The position numbers were made by a program, and so were the translations under genes. The notes below the pieces were generated by a model that did not search any database, was not told the DNA's origin, and worked only from the letters and a program-made list of their open reading frames with translations. A stretch of 64,000 bases of DNA from Octopus bimaculoides (taxonomy: Eukaryota), in the NCBI RefSeq assembly GCF_001194135.2, contig NC_068986.1, positions 7,220,501 through 7,284,500 on the forward strand. The letters are read 5' to 3'. Position 1 is the first letter of the stretch. The number at the start of each line of letters is the position of its first letter. Positions 14,342-28,574 of this stretch are shown one piece after another.

Positions 14342-14973
14342 TCACGAGGGATATCAGTTCTTTGATGTTGGGTGCCAGTCATAAAAATATTTCTACTTCA
14401 TTCAATGCGAATATTGGGTGTCATTTTTAACTATCCTAAATTTGGATGGAATTGAATTTGGAATTGATGTACTTCAATTTTTCAAAAATCTTGGAGCTAT
14501 ATTCTGGCTTGCTTTTTGCTAAGTAGTTCCAAGTGTTCTGCTATTTATTTCTAAAAGACTGCACTGTTGTAGATGACTTTGACAAATTGGTCAGGAATTT
14601 TGTATATTCTAGATTTTTCTTTCTTTTAATGGTTGTTATCATTCTTGCCTGTGGTTAAGAATTGTTTCTTAAACCTTTCATAACTATATTTTCTTGAAAT
14701 ACACCTCTTTGTTTGAATTGATTTCTAAAATAATGATGACTATAGTGAAATAACTTTGTCTTTATTAAAACTGATGTTTCAAATAAATTAACATAAAATT
14801 TTCATGCTAATTGTTAATTTACATCACTTTATAATAGAAAAACTGCCAGATCAGATTGGAGCCTAGTGCAGCCTCCTGGCTTCGCAGACCCCAGATGAAC
14901 CATCCAACCCATGACAGCATGGAAAATGGACTTTAAATGATGATGATACACATGTGTGTGTATGTATATACAT

Positions 14974-15042
<69 letters not shown>

Positions 15043-15678
15043 GCACGCAGATGTATATATATGGTTACTTCTCTTGGTTCCTCAACCTCCCTCCGCTGAG
15101 ATGTCCTTGTCTTGCAAGCTACTTAGTGACCTTACTGGTGCCATGCAAAAAGCATCCATGCTGACACTATACAAAAAGCACCTAGTACACTCTGTAAAGT
15201 GGTTGGCATTAGGAAGGGCATCCAGCCATAGAAACCATTCCAAAATAGATGACTGGAGCCTGGTGCAGCTCTCTGGCTTTCCAGCTTCTTGTGGAATTCA
15301 GCCAACCACCTTCCTTTGGACTGGACCATCAAATAGTATATCTTGTGATAATAGTTTTTCTCTCAGGTTAAATACAACTTAAGGAGAATGGTAGGGTAGA
15401 GAGGAAGGTGTCACTTTCCAGTAAATTCCATGAAAGGGGAGAGAAAGTGTGAGGTGTGAAACTAGTGTGGATAAAAGGGTTAGCACTAACTTTTCTGATT
15501 GTAGGTTGGCAGCAGGAAATGGGGAAAAGTGTTTATCTTTAACATGTCAGGGTGATCCATAGTTTTGTGTCCCTTGAATCACCTGATGTAATTACCCTCC
15601 CCCACTCCATTTTGTTAGTATTTATTGTGGTTTATCATTGTGTTTTTAATATTGTTTTTTTTTCATATGTCTTTTGCC

Positions 15679-15860
15679 TTTTTGCTGTTCCCTTTTTGCT
15701 GTTCCCTTTTTGCTGTTCCCTTTTTGCTGTTCCCTTTTTGCTGTTCCCTTTTTGCTGTTCCCTTTTTGCTGTTCCCTTTTTGCTGTTCCCTTTTTGCTGT
15801 TCCCTTTTTGCTGTTCCCTTTTTGCTGTTCCCTTTTTGCTGTTCCCTTTTTGCTGTTCCC
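15679..15860. repeat. Perfect 14-bp minisatellite x13
   Basis: (tttttgctgttccc)13; explains the overlapping repetitive ORFs here. Confidence 0.95.
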
Positions 15861-15883
15861 TTGTGGCCTTGAAATCAATCATC

Positions 15884-16082
15884 AGCTTGCCAGACTAAAT
15901 GCTTAGTAGCTTTTCTTCTGCCTTTATATTTTGAGTTCAAATTTCACTAAAGTCGGCTTTGCTTTTCATCCTTTTGGGGTTGATAAATAATTACCAGTTG
16001 AGCACTGGGGTCAATGTAACCAATGAGCCCCTTTACTCCAAAATTCAAGCGTTGTGCCTGTAGTAGAAACGATTATTTCTAT
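15884..16082 (+). mobile_element. SINE family A
   Basis: gagttcaaatttc and ttttcatccttttggggttgataaa segments shared with 4284-4480. Confidence 0.75.
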
Positions 16083-17663
16083 TTTGTTGTTAGTTGTGGT
16101 AGGAAAAGGTTAGCAGTGGTTGTCATGATTACAATAGTAAAATTAGCAAGTATCAATCACTTCAGCAGCAAACTCAAATTAATAAAATGCTGTTTAGATT
16201 CTAAACTTATATTTTAGTTTATTGTTTTCCAATTTGTTTTAAGCAATATTTTACAATAAAATATTTCACAGACTGTTTTGATAGAACAGCAGGTTTAGAA
16301 ATATCTAATATCTCTTGTCATCATTTTATAGAAATATTTTGATTTGATCCTGTTTTATTGGAATTCTCTGTAGATAACTGATTCCTAAAGTTCATATTTC
16401 TTCATTTCCTTAGAGAGGCCTTAAGAAATGTTACTAAATAGTTAGCTCTTAGAAAATATGAAACAAAATTTATCAAGTTTATCTGTATTATTCTTTATCC
16501 AAACAATTTTTTCCAATGTAAAAATTTCAAAGATATTTTCTTAAAGTTTATCCAAGATTAGCCATTCTCTATTGAAAGACATATTTTAGAATATTTATAA
16601 TATTAAAGAAAAATATTACTTTTGATTAAAATAGAAAATAAAGATAATTTATCTTTGGCTATTTTAAATATTTTAAAGTCATTGAATTAAAGTGTTACCA
16701 TTTCTATTATTTAGAGTTCTTTGATTAAAACTTAAAATGGTATTTGGCTTCAAGTTGGTCCTCTGATTCCTTACAGAGTGGATAAGTTTATCTTGAAAAT
16801 TAACAAAACCTTATTAAATATCTGGGATAAAATGTTATATGCAAATTCTTTATCTCCATACACAATTCAAAAACTGTGTTCTCTTCTTGTTCTTGCTGCT
16901 GATAAGTATAGAAAATTTTTCCTCAAGAACAGTATTAGACCTGGTTGTGTCCCTACTCTCCCTTCTTATCTCTGTACTCAGGAGATGAGCTCTGCCCTCA
17001 CTAGACTGTTCAATGGTTTCTCTCTAAAGTTACCTGTTTAAATCTATGCAAACACACAACAATAATTCCTATCCTCCAGAACGATGACAATCTCTTTGAT
17101 TTTGCCAACTAAATAACTACTCTCACTGTCAATGTCTTAAAAGTAACTGACTGTAAGCGATCCCCTCTATTTGTTATCTTCAGTCTTTTTCTCTTTTCCC
17201 TGATGCCATTATGGTTTTGGTAAACCAACATCTTCTGCTCTACATCATACATAATGGTCACTCATCCATGATAATGTTGTTGAAAACATTCTTGTCCCTT
17301 AGACAAGACATTTACTGTCAGGCTTATCCGGCAGGGCATGTCCTCTAATGTATCATGAGATTATTTATGCTTCCCTTACTCTTCTGGGCAATTTTACTTC
17401 TACTGAAACACAATTATGCTAACAGCATGACCATCCACTCCATGATTAGCTTTTACTATTGATAATTATTTATATGCAACTTAGATCCCTCACATTAGAT
17501 TTGTACATGTTCCCTGAACAAACACCTTATAAATATTTACAGACGTGAACCAGAGAGGTTGCTCTTTTGTAGTATAGAAGACACTGTTGAGTATTTGCAT
17601 AAGTTTAAGTAGTTAGATCATAAATAGGGGAAGGTTGCTTCAACATCACCAAGAAAGAATAAT

Positions 17664-17872
17664 TACTGTATACGCTGGCGTATAAGATGTGCTTTTTTAT
17701 TCTTAAATGTAGCAAAATATTGTCATGAATCTAATGTGATCATATTATGGTTGCTGTACCGAGTGTATGTATGTGTGATGAAACATTAAATTTCTCTTTT
17801 TCACAAAAAATACTTGTAAAGTAGGGGTGTGTATTATGTGGGTGTGTCCCCCATAGGCTGGAAAATATGGTA
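17664..17872. mobile_element. Degenerate pogo/Tigger-like MITE
   Basis: Ends tactgtatacgctggcgtataag and aggctggaaaatatggta resemble TACCGTATTTTCCGGCG-type TIRs. Confidence 0.4.
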
Positions 17873-19523
17873 TATATCAAGATAGTACACAATACCTGGT
17901 TGTCTCTGTTCATCAACAACTCATAATTAAAACCTTGCATGAAATTAGTCAACCTAGGATTGTAGGCCCTGCTTCTAGATTTTGAACTTATGCAGCTATT
18001 CCATGGATTCTGTGAGATGAAACAAATCAACTGTTGGGCAATTGGATATTGAGGATTTATATCTAAAACTACAAACTTTTGCTTTTAATGCATTAAGCCT
18101 ATCAATCATTCGACTTAATTTACATATTTGCTTAAGAATTAGCTCTAACATATTTTTTGTTGCATGACAGAATCTGAAATATAATCAAAACACAAAATTG
18201 TAAATCATCTACAACTCAAATCTTTGTTGATAAAACAATATTTGGAAATAATCCAAATTTTGTTGTTAATTTTACTCATGTCTTCATAATTGCTATTTTG
18301 AAAAGAAATGTCTTCAAATTATATATATGGGAATATATTTGGCAATCTGAATCACTTTAATGTAAAAATTTCTTCACATTGTTTTTACTTTAACTACCAT
18401 GTAAAAATCACTCGGTACATTTTGTAAAGTGGTTGATGTTAGGAAGAAGGGCATTGGACAACCATTCCAGAGCAGACAGTTGAGCTTAGTACAGTCTTCT
18501 GATTTGCCAGTTTCAGTCAAACCATCCAACCTATGCCAGTATCGAAAAAGGACATTAAATGTTGATGATACTGATGATGGCTGAACCATCACTATTTCCT
18601 TAATTTTGGTTGTTTTATTTCTTTTCTAAGCATCTTCTCTGCATAATATTTATATTACTTGTTGAAGAATGTTTAGGTGGCTTACACAATAATTATGAAA
18701 TATCACATACAAAATCCAGATATAAGATTAGTTATAACAAAATCATTTCTTGATCAGAAAATCTTCTTTTGAAACTCATATCACAAAAATACAATGCAAT
18801 TGAACCAGATTTTCTCCAATATGTGAAAAGAAGTAAACAAAAATATGGTCAGATAAAAAATACTTTTAAAAATTGCCTGTAAATGTTTATGGTTTGCATC
18901 TTCGTTCAGCTGTTGATTTGTTTAGAGTAGAACACATTCTTTGTTTAGTTTTCCATCAGTATATCACTTTCAGTTTTCATTGCAATGTATCTGTTATTTG
19001 AGTTGATTGAAGATTGATTTAGCGAAATTTGAAAATAATTAATAGAAAATAATCAAACTCATACAAGAGTTTATTTTAACCTTCAAAGTGATCATTTGTT
19101 ATTCTTTTTTGTTGTTTTTCTCTTGGAACAAATAAAGTTGCTTATAAAGAAGGAGAATTAGCAACTTTTTCAATGGATTATTCTTTGAATTCAACATTCT
19201 TGTATTGTTAAATTGGCCATATTTCTTAAGTTAAAAATAATTTTGCCATTGTAGTGACTTAGTTAAACCAGCGGCCCATAGAAGCAGCTGCGCCATGAAT
19301 CTATTGATTTCTAGTAGTGGAGATCTAAAATAAAGTATACAACTTTTCAATACTAAGCCAAGAATCTGATATTGATTTTTGTCACAAATGGTTCTTATAT
19401 ACCAACATCATTTGCTGCTAACCTAATTGTTTATTTCAATATGGTTTCACTGTGTTTGTGAATCCTCATATATATGTATATATATACTGAGTTTATTTTG
19501 CTTGTAGTTATATTGTACTATAG

Positions 19524-19687
19524 GAGACTATTGTTATGTAGTACCATAGGAGACTGTCATTGTTATGTGGTACTACAGAAGACTGTCATTGTTATGTGGT
19601 ACCATAAGTGACTGTCATTGTTATGTAATACCATAGAAGACTGTCATTGTTGTGTGGTTCCATGGAAACCTGTCATTGTTATGTGGG
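19524..19687. repeat. 29-bp minisatellite, ~6 copies
   Basis: Unit gagactgtcattgttatgtggtaccatag, head to tail, no spacers. Confidence 0.85.
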
Positions 19688-22600
19688 ACTGTTGCCATTA
19701 TAGTATTATGATAAAAATTTTGTTTCTATTCTGAATAACTAGTGAAGACTTTATGTCACTATTTGACATATTTTTCTTTTAATTTTTATCAAAAAAATTG
19801 ATTGAAGGTAAGAAGGATTATAAGCTGAGGCACCAACAAACATGAAATATTACAAAAACTATGTGTCTTATCATTTGTGCTTGGCCTTTTTTATCATTGT
19901 CATCATCATTTGAAGTCTGCTTTCTATTCTGGCATGGGTTTGAAAACTGCATTGTGCTCCAATGTCAGCTTTGGTAGGATTTCTATGGCTGGATGCCCTT
20001 TCTAATGTGTCAACCACTTAACAGAGTGCCATGTAACTTGCAAGAGTTGGTGGGGTCGGTCTTCTTCTAGTAGATGAAGGGTTAGAATATGAGAAGAGCA
20101 AGATGGTGGGTGCAGACCAGGTTCTTGTAGAGGAGCTTGCATGGTTACATTATTATTATCCTTAATTTAAAAGGTGGTGAGCTAGTAGAATCATAAGCAA
20201 GCTGGGCAAAATGCTTTGTAGTATTTTGTCCGTTTTCATGTTCTGAGTTCAAATTCTGCCAAGGTCAGCTTATCCTTTGATGGTGTTACTAACATATGAT
20301 ATTGATAATCTCAGCTTTGTCTTCCTAGTTATCACTGATGTGCTTTAGTAGTGATTATCATCATTATTATTATTATTATTGAGATATATGAATTTGGCTT
20401 GGTTCCAACACTTTTACTGAAAAGTGAATGGCAAAATCACAAAAGAAAATGATACTCAATAAATGTTTAAATAATTTTTATAGATCAGTGAAGATAAACG
20501 TCTTACTATTTCTAGAAGTTAGATATTGTGAATTTACATTAAGCTGCCTGATAAACAAGACTGTTCTGCTTTATTTAACTGTGACTAGGTTAGATTATAT
20601 TAAAACTAGAATTACAAGCTGTGATAAATTTAATGGCACTGATCAGTAAAATAATAAATGCTAATCATGAAGGTGGAGTACTAGTTTATGGGGTTTTTAC
20701 AATGTTAATTTGAAATATTTTCATCAAAGACATCATTTAATTGACAACAATGAGATTAACTTTTACATCACAAACACAGCAATTCCAACACACATATGCA
20801 CGCATGCACACACATTAATCTTATAGAATATAAGCTTTACCATTCTGATACAATGAGATTAGCTTATCGACAATTGTTATGAAAATTATTTCCTACTTTA
20901 GTGTCTTATTTTAATACTGAATTGTTACATTGTTATCATGCTTTTATTATTCAAATCAACTCCACATATTTAATCATGTTGTTAGCTGCTCTGTAATATA
21001 CTGTGTTTTGATATTCAAAGGGTGGTTGTTGTTGTTGTTTGAAGTAAATTAAAGATTTCTTCATTCTAGTCTCTAACTATTTCTACACTTCAATAAACCA
21101 TACTTTATTCTATTTTATTTCTTATTCTTTTTTCCTCATATTCTTTTTCAAGATGTTAATATCTTTTACTATTTGTTATAATGTCTCAGAAATATCTTTA
21201 CTACATGTAAACCAAAAATGTAATTAGATTTTAATTATATATACTCCTAAAGGCGGTGAGCTAGACAAGTCATTAGCATGCTGGGTGAAACCAATTATAT
21301 TTACTATCCTCTCCATGTCAAATATCCCCCCTCTGTGAAGAGGTTGACAAGAGAGTAGAAGTGTGGGGTTGTGAGGTTCCCTTTAGTTTTATCAAGGACA
21401 TGGTTACCTCTCTAATGCTGGTGCCCAGAACACTCTGTAACATGGCTGGTGTTAAGAAGAGTATCCAGCTATAGAAACCAAGATTAAAAGGAAATGGAAG
21501 TGAGATGAGGTCCCCTAATTTGTCTAGGTGAACAAAATCCCTTGAATTTTTACCAGCTCTGTCTGCTGATCCGCCCAACCAATGTCAACATGGAAATTGA
21601 TGTAAAATGTTGTTGATAATGATGATAGTTATAGAAAGGGTAAAAGTGTTCCTTGATGAACCTAGGAAAATAAGCTAAAATCATTGAATCTCATTTTCAA
21701 TTTGAATAATAAAAAGTTAGCATTTGATGGAAATTGATGTGTGTAACCAGTTATTTTAGTCCTCTACTGCTTGTAGTATAATGTGTGGAGGGCTAATGAG
21801 AAAAAATATTCATTGTAAGAAGTAAAAATCTTTGGCAAAAGACAATTGAAACTGCTTGTTGTATCAAAGGAACTCCTTTAAGAATGACAGGTGAGAAAAA
21901 TAATTTAAGATACTTGTTTTAGTTTTCATGAAAGAATGAGAGGTACATCTGTAGCTAAGGAGCTTGCTTCCCATCTATGTGGCCTTGGGTTCATTTCCAG
22001 TGCTTGGGTAAGTGTACTCTACAATAGCCCTGGCCAAACCCAAGCCTTGTGAGTGAATTTGGTTGATGGAAACTGAAAGAATCCCATCATATATGTGTGC
22101 ATGTGGATACTCTTCTGTAGACATCATATGACAGTTACAAATGTGCATCACCATGTTGTTCATTTTCAAGCTTTCATGGAAAATATATCTGAGAAAGAAA
22201 TTACCTCGTTTGGAAACAGGTGAGAGTTGGTGACAGGAAGAGTGTCCAGTCACAGAAAATCTGCCTTAACAAAATTCCATCTGACCCATGCAAGAAATTT
22301 AGTCTGTACAAACAGAAAAGCACTCACTTAAGGGTATGAGTGTGTCAGTCATTAAGGGTACATATATGTCAGCCAATTGATTGAACAACTGAATTTTTAT
22401 AGTGGAACCCAACAGTTTTACTATCTTTCAGTCAACTGTGGATTCACCATATAAAGGTAATACTGACATCTTCCTTGTAAAATCTTTCAAATCATTTCCT
22501 TCTTATCTTTTTAATCCATTTATTTTATTCTGGATTTCAAATGTTTGTTTTTCCAGATATTGGGAATAAGAGTTTCTTCTGTAACATCTGATTATTAAAT

Positions 22601-23460
22601 ATATTTGTCATTGTTTTTATATTAATCATCAGGCTTTAAGTTACATGTCTCTCTTCTAGGGATAGAACTTGTAAAATATATCAACAAGTAATATGTAATT
22701 TCATTGAACCATAGTGTTCCAATTAAGAATTGATTCAGAACCAGTTCCACATGTATCAACAGAGGAATATCAATGAAATAATCTGTCACTTACTTCTATT
22801 TTCTTTCTTACCCACATCTTCAATGTATATCTTTTTCTTTATCCTCCCATTTTGGTATTAGATGCTGCTGTCGCTTCCTTGTACTTGTAAGGAATTTTGT
22901 GTTTAACAATAGTTTAATTTCCTGAAACTCTGCTCACCCAAAGCTACCCTCCTACCCTTATTTCCTTATCTTCAGTATAACACAACCATCCATGCAGGAA
23001 AATTAAATTCTTCTTCTACCAAAGTGTGTTTATATTATTTTTTCAGCATTTAAAGAATAAAAATAAATCTTTACCTCAGCAATACTAATGAATAGTAGCC
23101 AACTACAATAGTGTCACTTGTATATACCAAATGCATTGAAGCTTTGGTTTTTTTTTTTTTGTAGAACTAAATATAAACTTTTGAAATCTTCAAGATAGAA
23201 GATAATCACAAATGAAAACTGTTACCCAAACTTGAATGTAATTTTCACTATACAATATTTTACCATCCTAAAGTTAGAAACTTAGATAACAAACCCAACC
23301 TAAGAAGCACCAGTGATAAGCCTGATCCCCATATCAAAAGNNNNNNNNNNNNNNNNNNNNNNNNNNNNNNNNNNNNNNNNNNNNNNNNNNNNNNNNNNNN
23401 NNNNNNNNNNNNNNNNNNNNNNNNNNNNNNNNNNNNNNNNNNNNNNNNNNNNNNAAATCA

Positions 23461-23851
23461 TGTTGTTGTTGTTGGCACTCCGTTGCTTACGATGTTGAGG
23501 GTTCCAGTTGATCTGATCAATGGAACAGCCTGTTCGTGAAATTAACGTGCAAGTGGCTGAGCACTCCACAGACACGTGTACCCTTAACGTAGTTCTCGGG
23601 GATATTCAGCATGACACAGTGTGACAAGGCTGACCCTTTGAATTACTAGCACAACAAAAACAGGAAGTAAGAGTGAGAGAAAGTTGTGGTGGAAGAGTCC
23701 AGCAGGGTTTGCCACCATCCCCTGCCAGAGCCTCGTGGAGCTTTAGGTGTTTTCGCTCAATAAACAATCACAATGCCTGGTCTGGGAATCGAAACTGCGA
23801 TCCTATGACCATGAGTCTGCTGCCCTAACCACTAGGCTATTGCGCCTCCAC
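23461..23851 (-). mobile_element. tRNA-derived SINE, family D, with (AAC)n tail
   Basis: Reverse complement begins gtggaggcgcaatagcctagtggttagggcagc..gcagtttcgattcccagacc; partial homolog at 48385-48607. Confidence 0.85.
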
Positions 23852-25975
23852 CTTAGAAATCATATTTAGGCTGTTATATATTTTTTTTGTAATATGAAGT
23901 ATCAAAGTCTTGTAGTTCCAATTTAAAATCTGGTCACTGATATTCTATGGTACAATATCTCAGTGAAGTATTTATACTACTTTAAAAGGAAATGAGTTAA
24001 TAGAAGTGTATATAATTGTAAAAGAGTGTGTTAAATGGTAACTGTGATCACTATGACACAATTATGATGAAAAATTGCCCCAGCAGATTTTCATCATAAG
24101 ATATGCTAGATGCATTTTGGCCTAAATGGGCCTTTTCTCAATGATGTATGTACATTATGATACATAGATGGTTATTTTGTTAAGAGTCTGCTATACCATG
24201 TGGAGCATCTAATAAAAAAACTTAAGTTAAAGCAGCAGTATGATCTGAGCTGACCAATGAAGGCCAAAATACACTCATCTAGAAGCCATTTTAGATTTCT
24301 TTTGAATTCTCTTTACTCTGGCTTCTAATATCTGATAATGTAGATGTGTTCTTTACTCATGAAACTTTGTGGAGCTAAGTCAAACTGTTATTAAATATAT
24401 ACATGTGTGTGTGTGTGTGTTTGAGTGAATGCTTGCATTCTGTGTGCTTCACATAAAACATTTCTGAGCTTTTAGTGGTGAAGTATATTATATTTTCCTC
24501 TCAACAAATTCTCTGCTGGCTCAGCATTTTTCAAAGGCATGTAAAATGAAAGATCCATTTTTTGAAAAACAGTTAAGGGTTAGTGACAGGAAGGGAACCC
24601 AACCATAAAACCATGCCTCAATAATAATATGTCTAACCTATGCTAGCATGGAAAAAAATGGATGTAAATATGAATGAATGAGTATGTACATATATAAGTA
24701 TTCTAAAGAACTGAAAATCTGCATCAAATGTGAGATGGCAGTGGTGTATATGGATGAGCAGGTAGTCCCAGAAACTTGTTTGTAGGAGAAAAGTGTAGAA
24801 ATGCATCACTGGAAGTGGCTATATATGTGAGTGAGTGTGTGTGTGTGTGTGTATGTATATATATTTATATATACACACATAAGATTTACTGACAAACTCC
24901 CAGACCCATCCTCAGCCTTTGTACTCTAGGATATACAACTCCCCATCTATGTCCCTAATTGAGTGTAATCCACCTAGTTTTATTGGTGTTTTTTTCCCAG
25001 TTCTGTCAGTCTCTCAAACCAATGCCACCATTTCACCAAAGTTGTTTTGCATTTATTATTATGTAATTCTTTGTCTCAGTTGCCTGCTCTCTCTTCCTGC
25101 TGTTTAAAACAAATCTATTCTTTCATTGTTTTAAAACTCATTTAATATGAACACACAATCAAGCCTCTTTACAAAGTTGTAAGCAAGGAAATATTAAGAA
25201 TTATATTTACATAATTTACTTCCCTCACCAATAAAATACATCATTTTTGAGCAGTTCTATATGAGTCATGTAACCAAAATGTCCCCATCCATCAACTGAA
25301 AAAGTTATTATTGTAATTAACATTTATAAATAAACCTCCTTCAGTCTGTAGACACAATATTCAGATAAGAAGTTTATGCATTAACATAAACTTCTTAAAA
25401 TTTATCACGCATATAAATTTCATTATTGAAAGCAAACTTAATTTGAATTAGTAAATTCTATTGTGTATCTAATGTAAATTCAAGGTATATTCCATTGAGA
25501 GTTGTTTGTTATATTGAGAGAAATGTGCAAAAGAGAAAGTAAAAAAACTTGCAGTGATTTACAGACTGAACAAACGTGTGTTTTTATAATTTTTTTTTTA
25601 TTAGAAATGACAAATCTAAAAAAAAAAAAACAATAATCCTTGATAGGAGCAGGGTGGGGGGAGTAATTAAAAAAATTCTGGAAAATTAAAGTGATACAAA
25701 CATGAAATAATTAAATGATAAGATTATCTTGAGAGTAATATAAAAGAAGCTTTGTTACTGGTTGTATAAAACATGGAGTTGAATAGCAGTGGACTATGAG
25801 CAAGCAGACACAGACTATAATGACAAGGAAAGAATGCACAAGGTATGTTGCATATCTGGTAAATGTGTAATGCTAATTTAGAATATTTTGAGTGGAAATG
25901 GGAATCTTGTAGCATTTAGAAATATTATGACAACAAAAAACCTTTTTAATGTGGATATCATTTACTTGTTTTAGT

Positions 25976-26908
25976 CATTAGATTGTGACCATGCTGGGGC
26001 AGCGCTTTGAAGAATCTTTGGTTCCTGCATTTTGGTTCCTGAGGTTTCCTGAAGCACCATTCATAGGGTTTTGAGTGAAAAGTTGCATTATGGGAAGGTG
26101 TGTGCAAGATGGGTTCTGTGAATGCTCACAGAAGACAATAAACAGCAAAGAGCTGACTGTTCCTGTGAATTTCTTTGCCACTATGCAGACAGAAATGGCA
26201 GCTTTTTGGATTTGATGGTTATGGGTGACGAAACCTGGGCATTCCACTTCACACTTGAAACCAAACAACAATCACGTGAGTGGCAGCATTCCTCTTTGCC
26301 CAAGCCACGAAAAATTCAAACAGACAAAGTCTGCTGGTAATGTCATAGCAACTTTGTTTGGGATTGAAAGGAAGTATTGTCAGTTGACTTCATGGCTTTG
26401 GGGACCACAATAAATGCTGGCAGGTACTGTGAGACACTGGAAAAGCTCAGATGGGCGATTCAGAACTGGAGAAGAAGAAAGTTGAGCGAAGATGTAAGCT
26501 TTCTCCATGACAATGCTTGCTCCCACATCAAACTGTTGCTCTCCTGCAACAGCTTGGATGGGACATCAGCACCCACCCACCTTGTAGTCTGGACTTCGCA
26601 CCCAGTGACTACCACATGCTCCCTAAGTTGAAAGAGCATTTGGCCAGTATGTGCTTCAGCAATGGCGACGAGGTGAAAGATGAGGTTCAGTGCTTCCTCA
26701 ATGCTTCCTCAATTACATGACGGTGAGCTGGTATGCCATGAGCGTACAAAAATTACCTCAGCACCTACAAAAATGCATCGATTGAAATGGGGATTATGTA
26801 GAAAAATAGATAGCTGTTCAAACTTTAAAATGATGTAAACATCACTGACAATAAACGTTTCTGTGACTTCTAAATATTTTTGGAGACCTTGCTTTTGGGA
26901 TTACCCTC

Positions 26909-26909
<1 letters not shown>
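25976..26909 (+). mobile_element. 5'-truncated mariner transposon, second subfamily
   Basis: CARWV, GDETWAFHFTLETKQQSREW, LHDNA, SLDFAPSDYHMLPKLKEHL across several frames; right TIR ends ttaccctcg followed by a TA run. Confidence 0.9.
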
Positions 26910-26961
<52 letters not shown>

Positions 26962-27026
26962 CACACACATATGTGTATATATTCGTTTTGCAAGATTCTT
27001 GATGTGAATTTGTGTGTTGAAACAAA

Positions 27027-27410
27027 TATTGTATTTGGGGATAGTCATGTTGCCAGTTTAGCCAATAAAAACACATGCACTATATATTTGGTGTTCACTT
27101 GCTTCAGCTTTATTTTATATTAATTGTATTTTGGCCAGAGTTCTTTTGTCACACTTCTGTGACCTCGTTAGTGCTCCATTGATTTCTTCTTTCTTTTTTT
27201 TTGTGTGTTTCTCCTTACTAATGATCAAGGAGACACACAAAAAAGAAAGAAGAAAGCAAAGGACCACTGATGAGGTCACAGAAGTGTAACATAAGAACTC
27301 TGACCGAAATATGATTAATATAAAATAAAACTGAAGCGAACACCAAATATTTAGTGTGTATGTTTTTATTGGCTAAACTGGCAACATGACCATCCCCAAA
27401 TACAACAATA
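27027..27410. repeat. Foldback (inverted duplication) of a Penelope-like terminal repeat
   Basis: Arms ~180 bp, diverged; a better-preserved direct copy of the right arm lies at 44570-44740; right arm carries CTGATGA..GAAA. Confidence 0.8.
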
Positions 27411-28574
27411 TATATATATATATATGTACTCTAATGATAAAGGACAAACCACAATTATTTTACTAGAAACATTCGCCCAAATACAAAAAATAGATGCTGC
27501 TGGTGATTGTATTTTTGTGGATTCTGAAACTTCCATGTGGTGCTGTTCCCCCCCCCTCTTTGTGATTCTGTGGTTCCTGTATATGGTGATGTTGGTTCCT
27601 CGTTAAGTTGCTGTGATGATTAACATAAATAATTTTGGCAGTATTGTAGAAGGAATAATTATTATAAGAGGAGGAGTAGAAGAAGAAATTGATGATGTTC
27701 ACTCATCATTATTACTACAGGAGATCATATGATCAAGAGATGACTTTACTGGAGATAGAGAAGCTGGTGAGGTTGACCCATTGGCAACATCATTAGGATT
27801 AACAAATGTCCTTGGGAAATGGTGTATAAGAACTATTTAGTCAGTTAATGCTCAAGTTTTTTTCTTCATGTTTAATGTTGACTGTATTTTTATTAGAATG
27901 AGTGAGTTGTTGATGCAAGTAATGGTAAAGCTCTTTTTCCCCTTATATTAAATAAATATCCTCATGAAAAACTATGGTATTGCAATAACCAGATGAGTTA
28001 TGTGTTTTCCAATTAGCTGAAGGGGTTGTAATTCATCTTTGGTCATATCTTATGTTAGGAGGAGAACTCTTCCCTGATTTACCAGGAATCAGATCACTAA
28101 CAAGGAATGGAATATTAGAATAACATTAAACTAAATGGAAATTGGCACCTAAGTTCTCACCATCATCATCATCATTTAACATTTGTATTCCATGCTGTCA
28201 TGGGTTGGACAGTTTGACAGGAGCTGGCTAGCTGAAGAGCTATCCAGACTCCATGTCTGTTTTGGCATGGCTTCTATGGCTAGGTGACCTTCCTGATGCC
28301 AACCACTTTACACTGTGCGGACTGAGTGCTTTTATGCAGCACTGGAATGAGTGCTTTTTTTACATAGCACCAGCAAGATTAGGATCATTCAGCTGAAGAG
28401 GGATGCAGGGGACCTGCCTGTATGCAAGGACAACCAGAATTGTACTTAGCTTGTGTCTTCTCAAGCACCACAAACCGTCAGAAATCTCAGTCCCTTGTCA
28501 TCCCTCATAATTCCCAAAGAATATTCAATGGAGCTTTGTATTGCTATGTCAAAGAGAATTAAGGTTAAATAAAC

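Noticed and set aside
15552-15906. Five overlapping repetitive ORFs
   Set aside because: Artefact of a stop-free 14-bp tandem repeat.
19524-19687. Possible CRISPR array
   Set aside because: No unique spacers, no cas genes, eukaryotic context.
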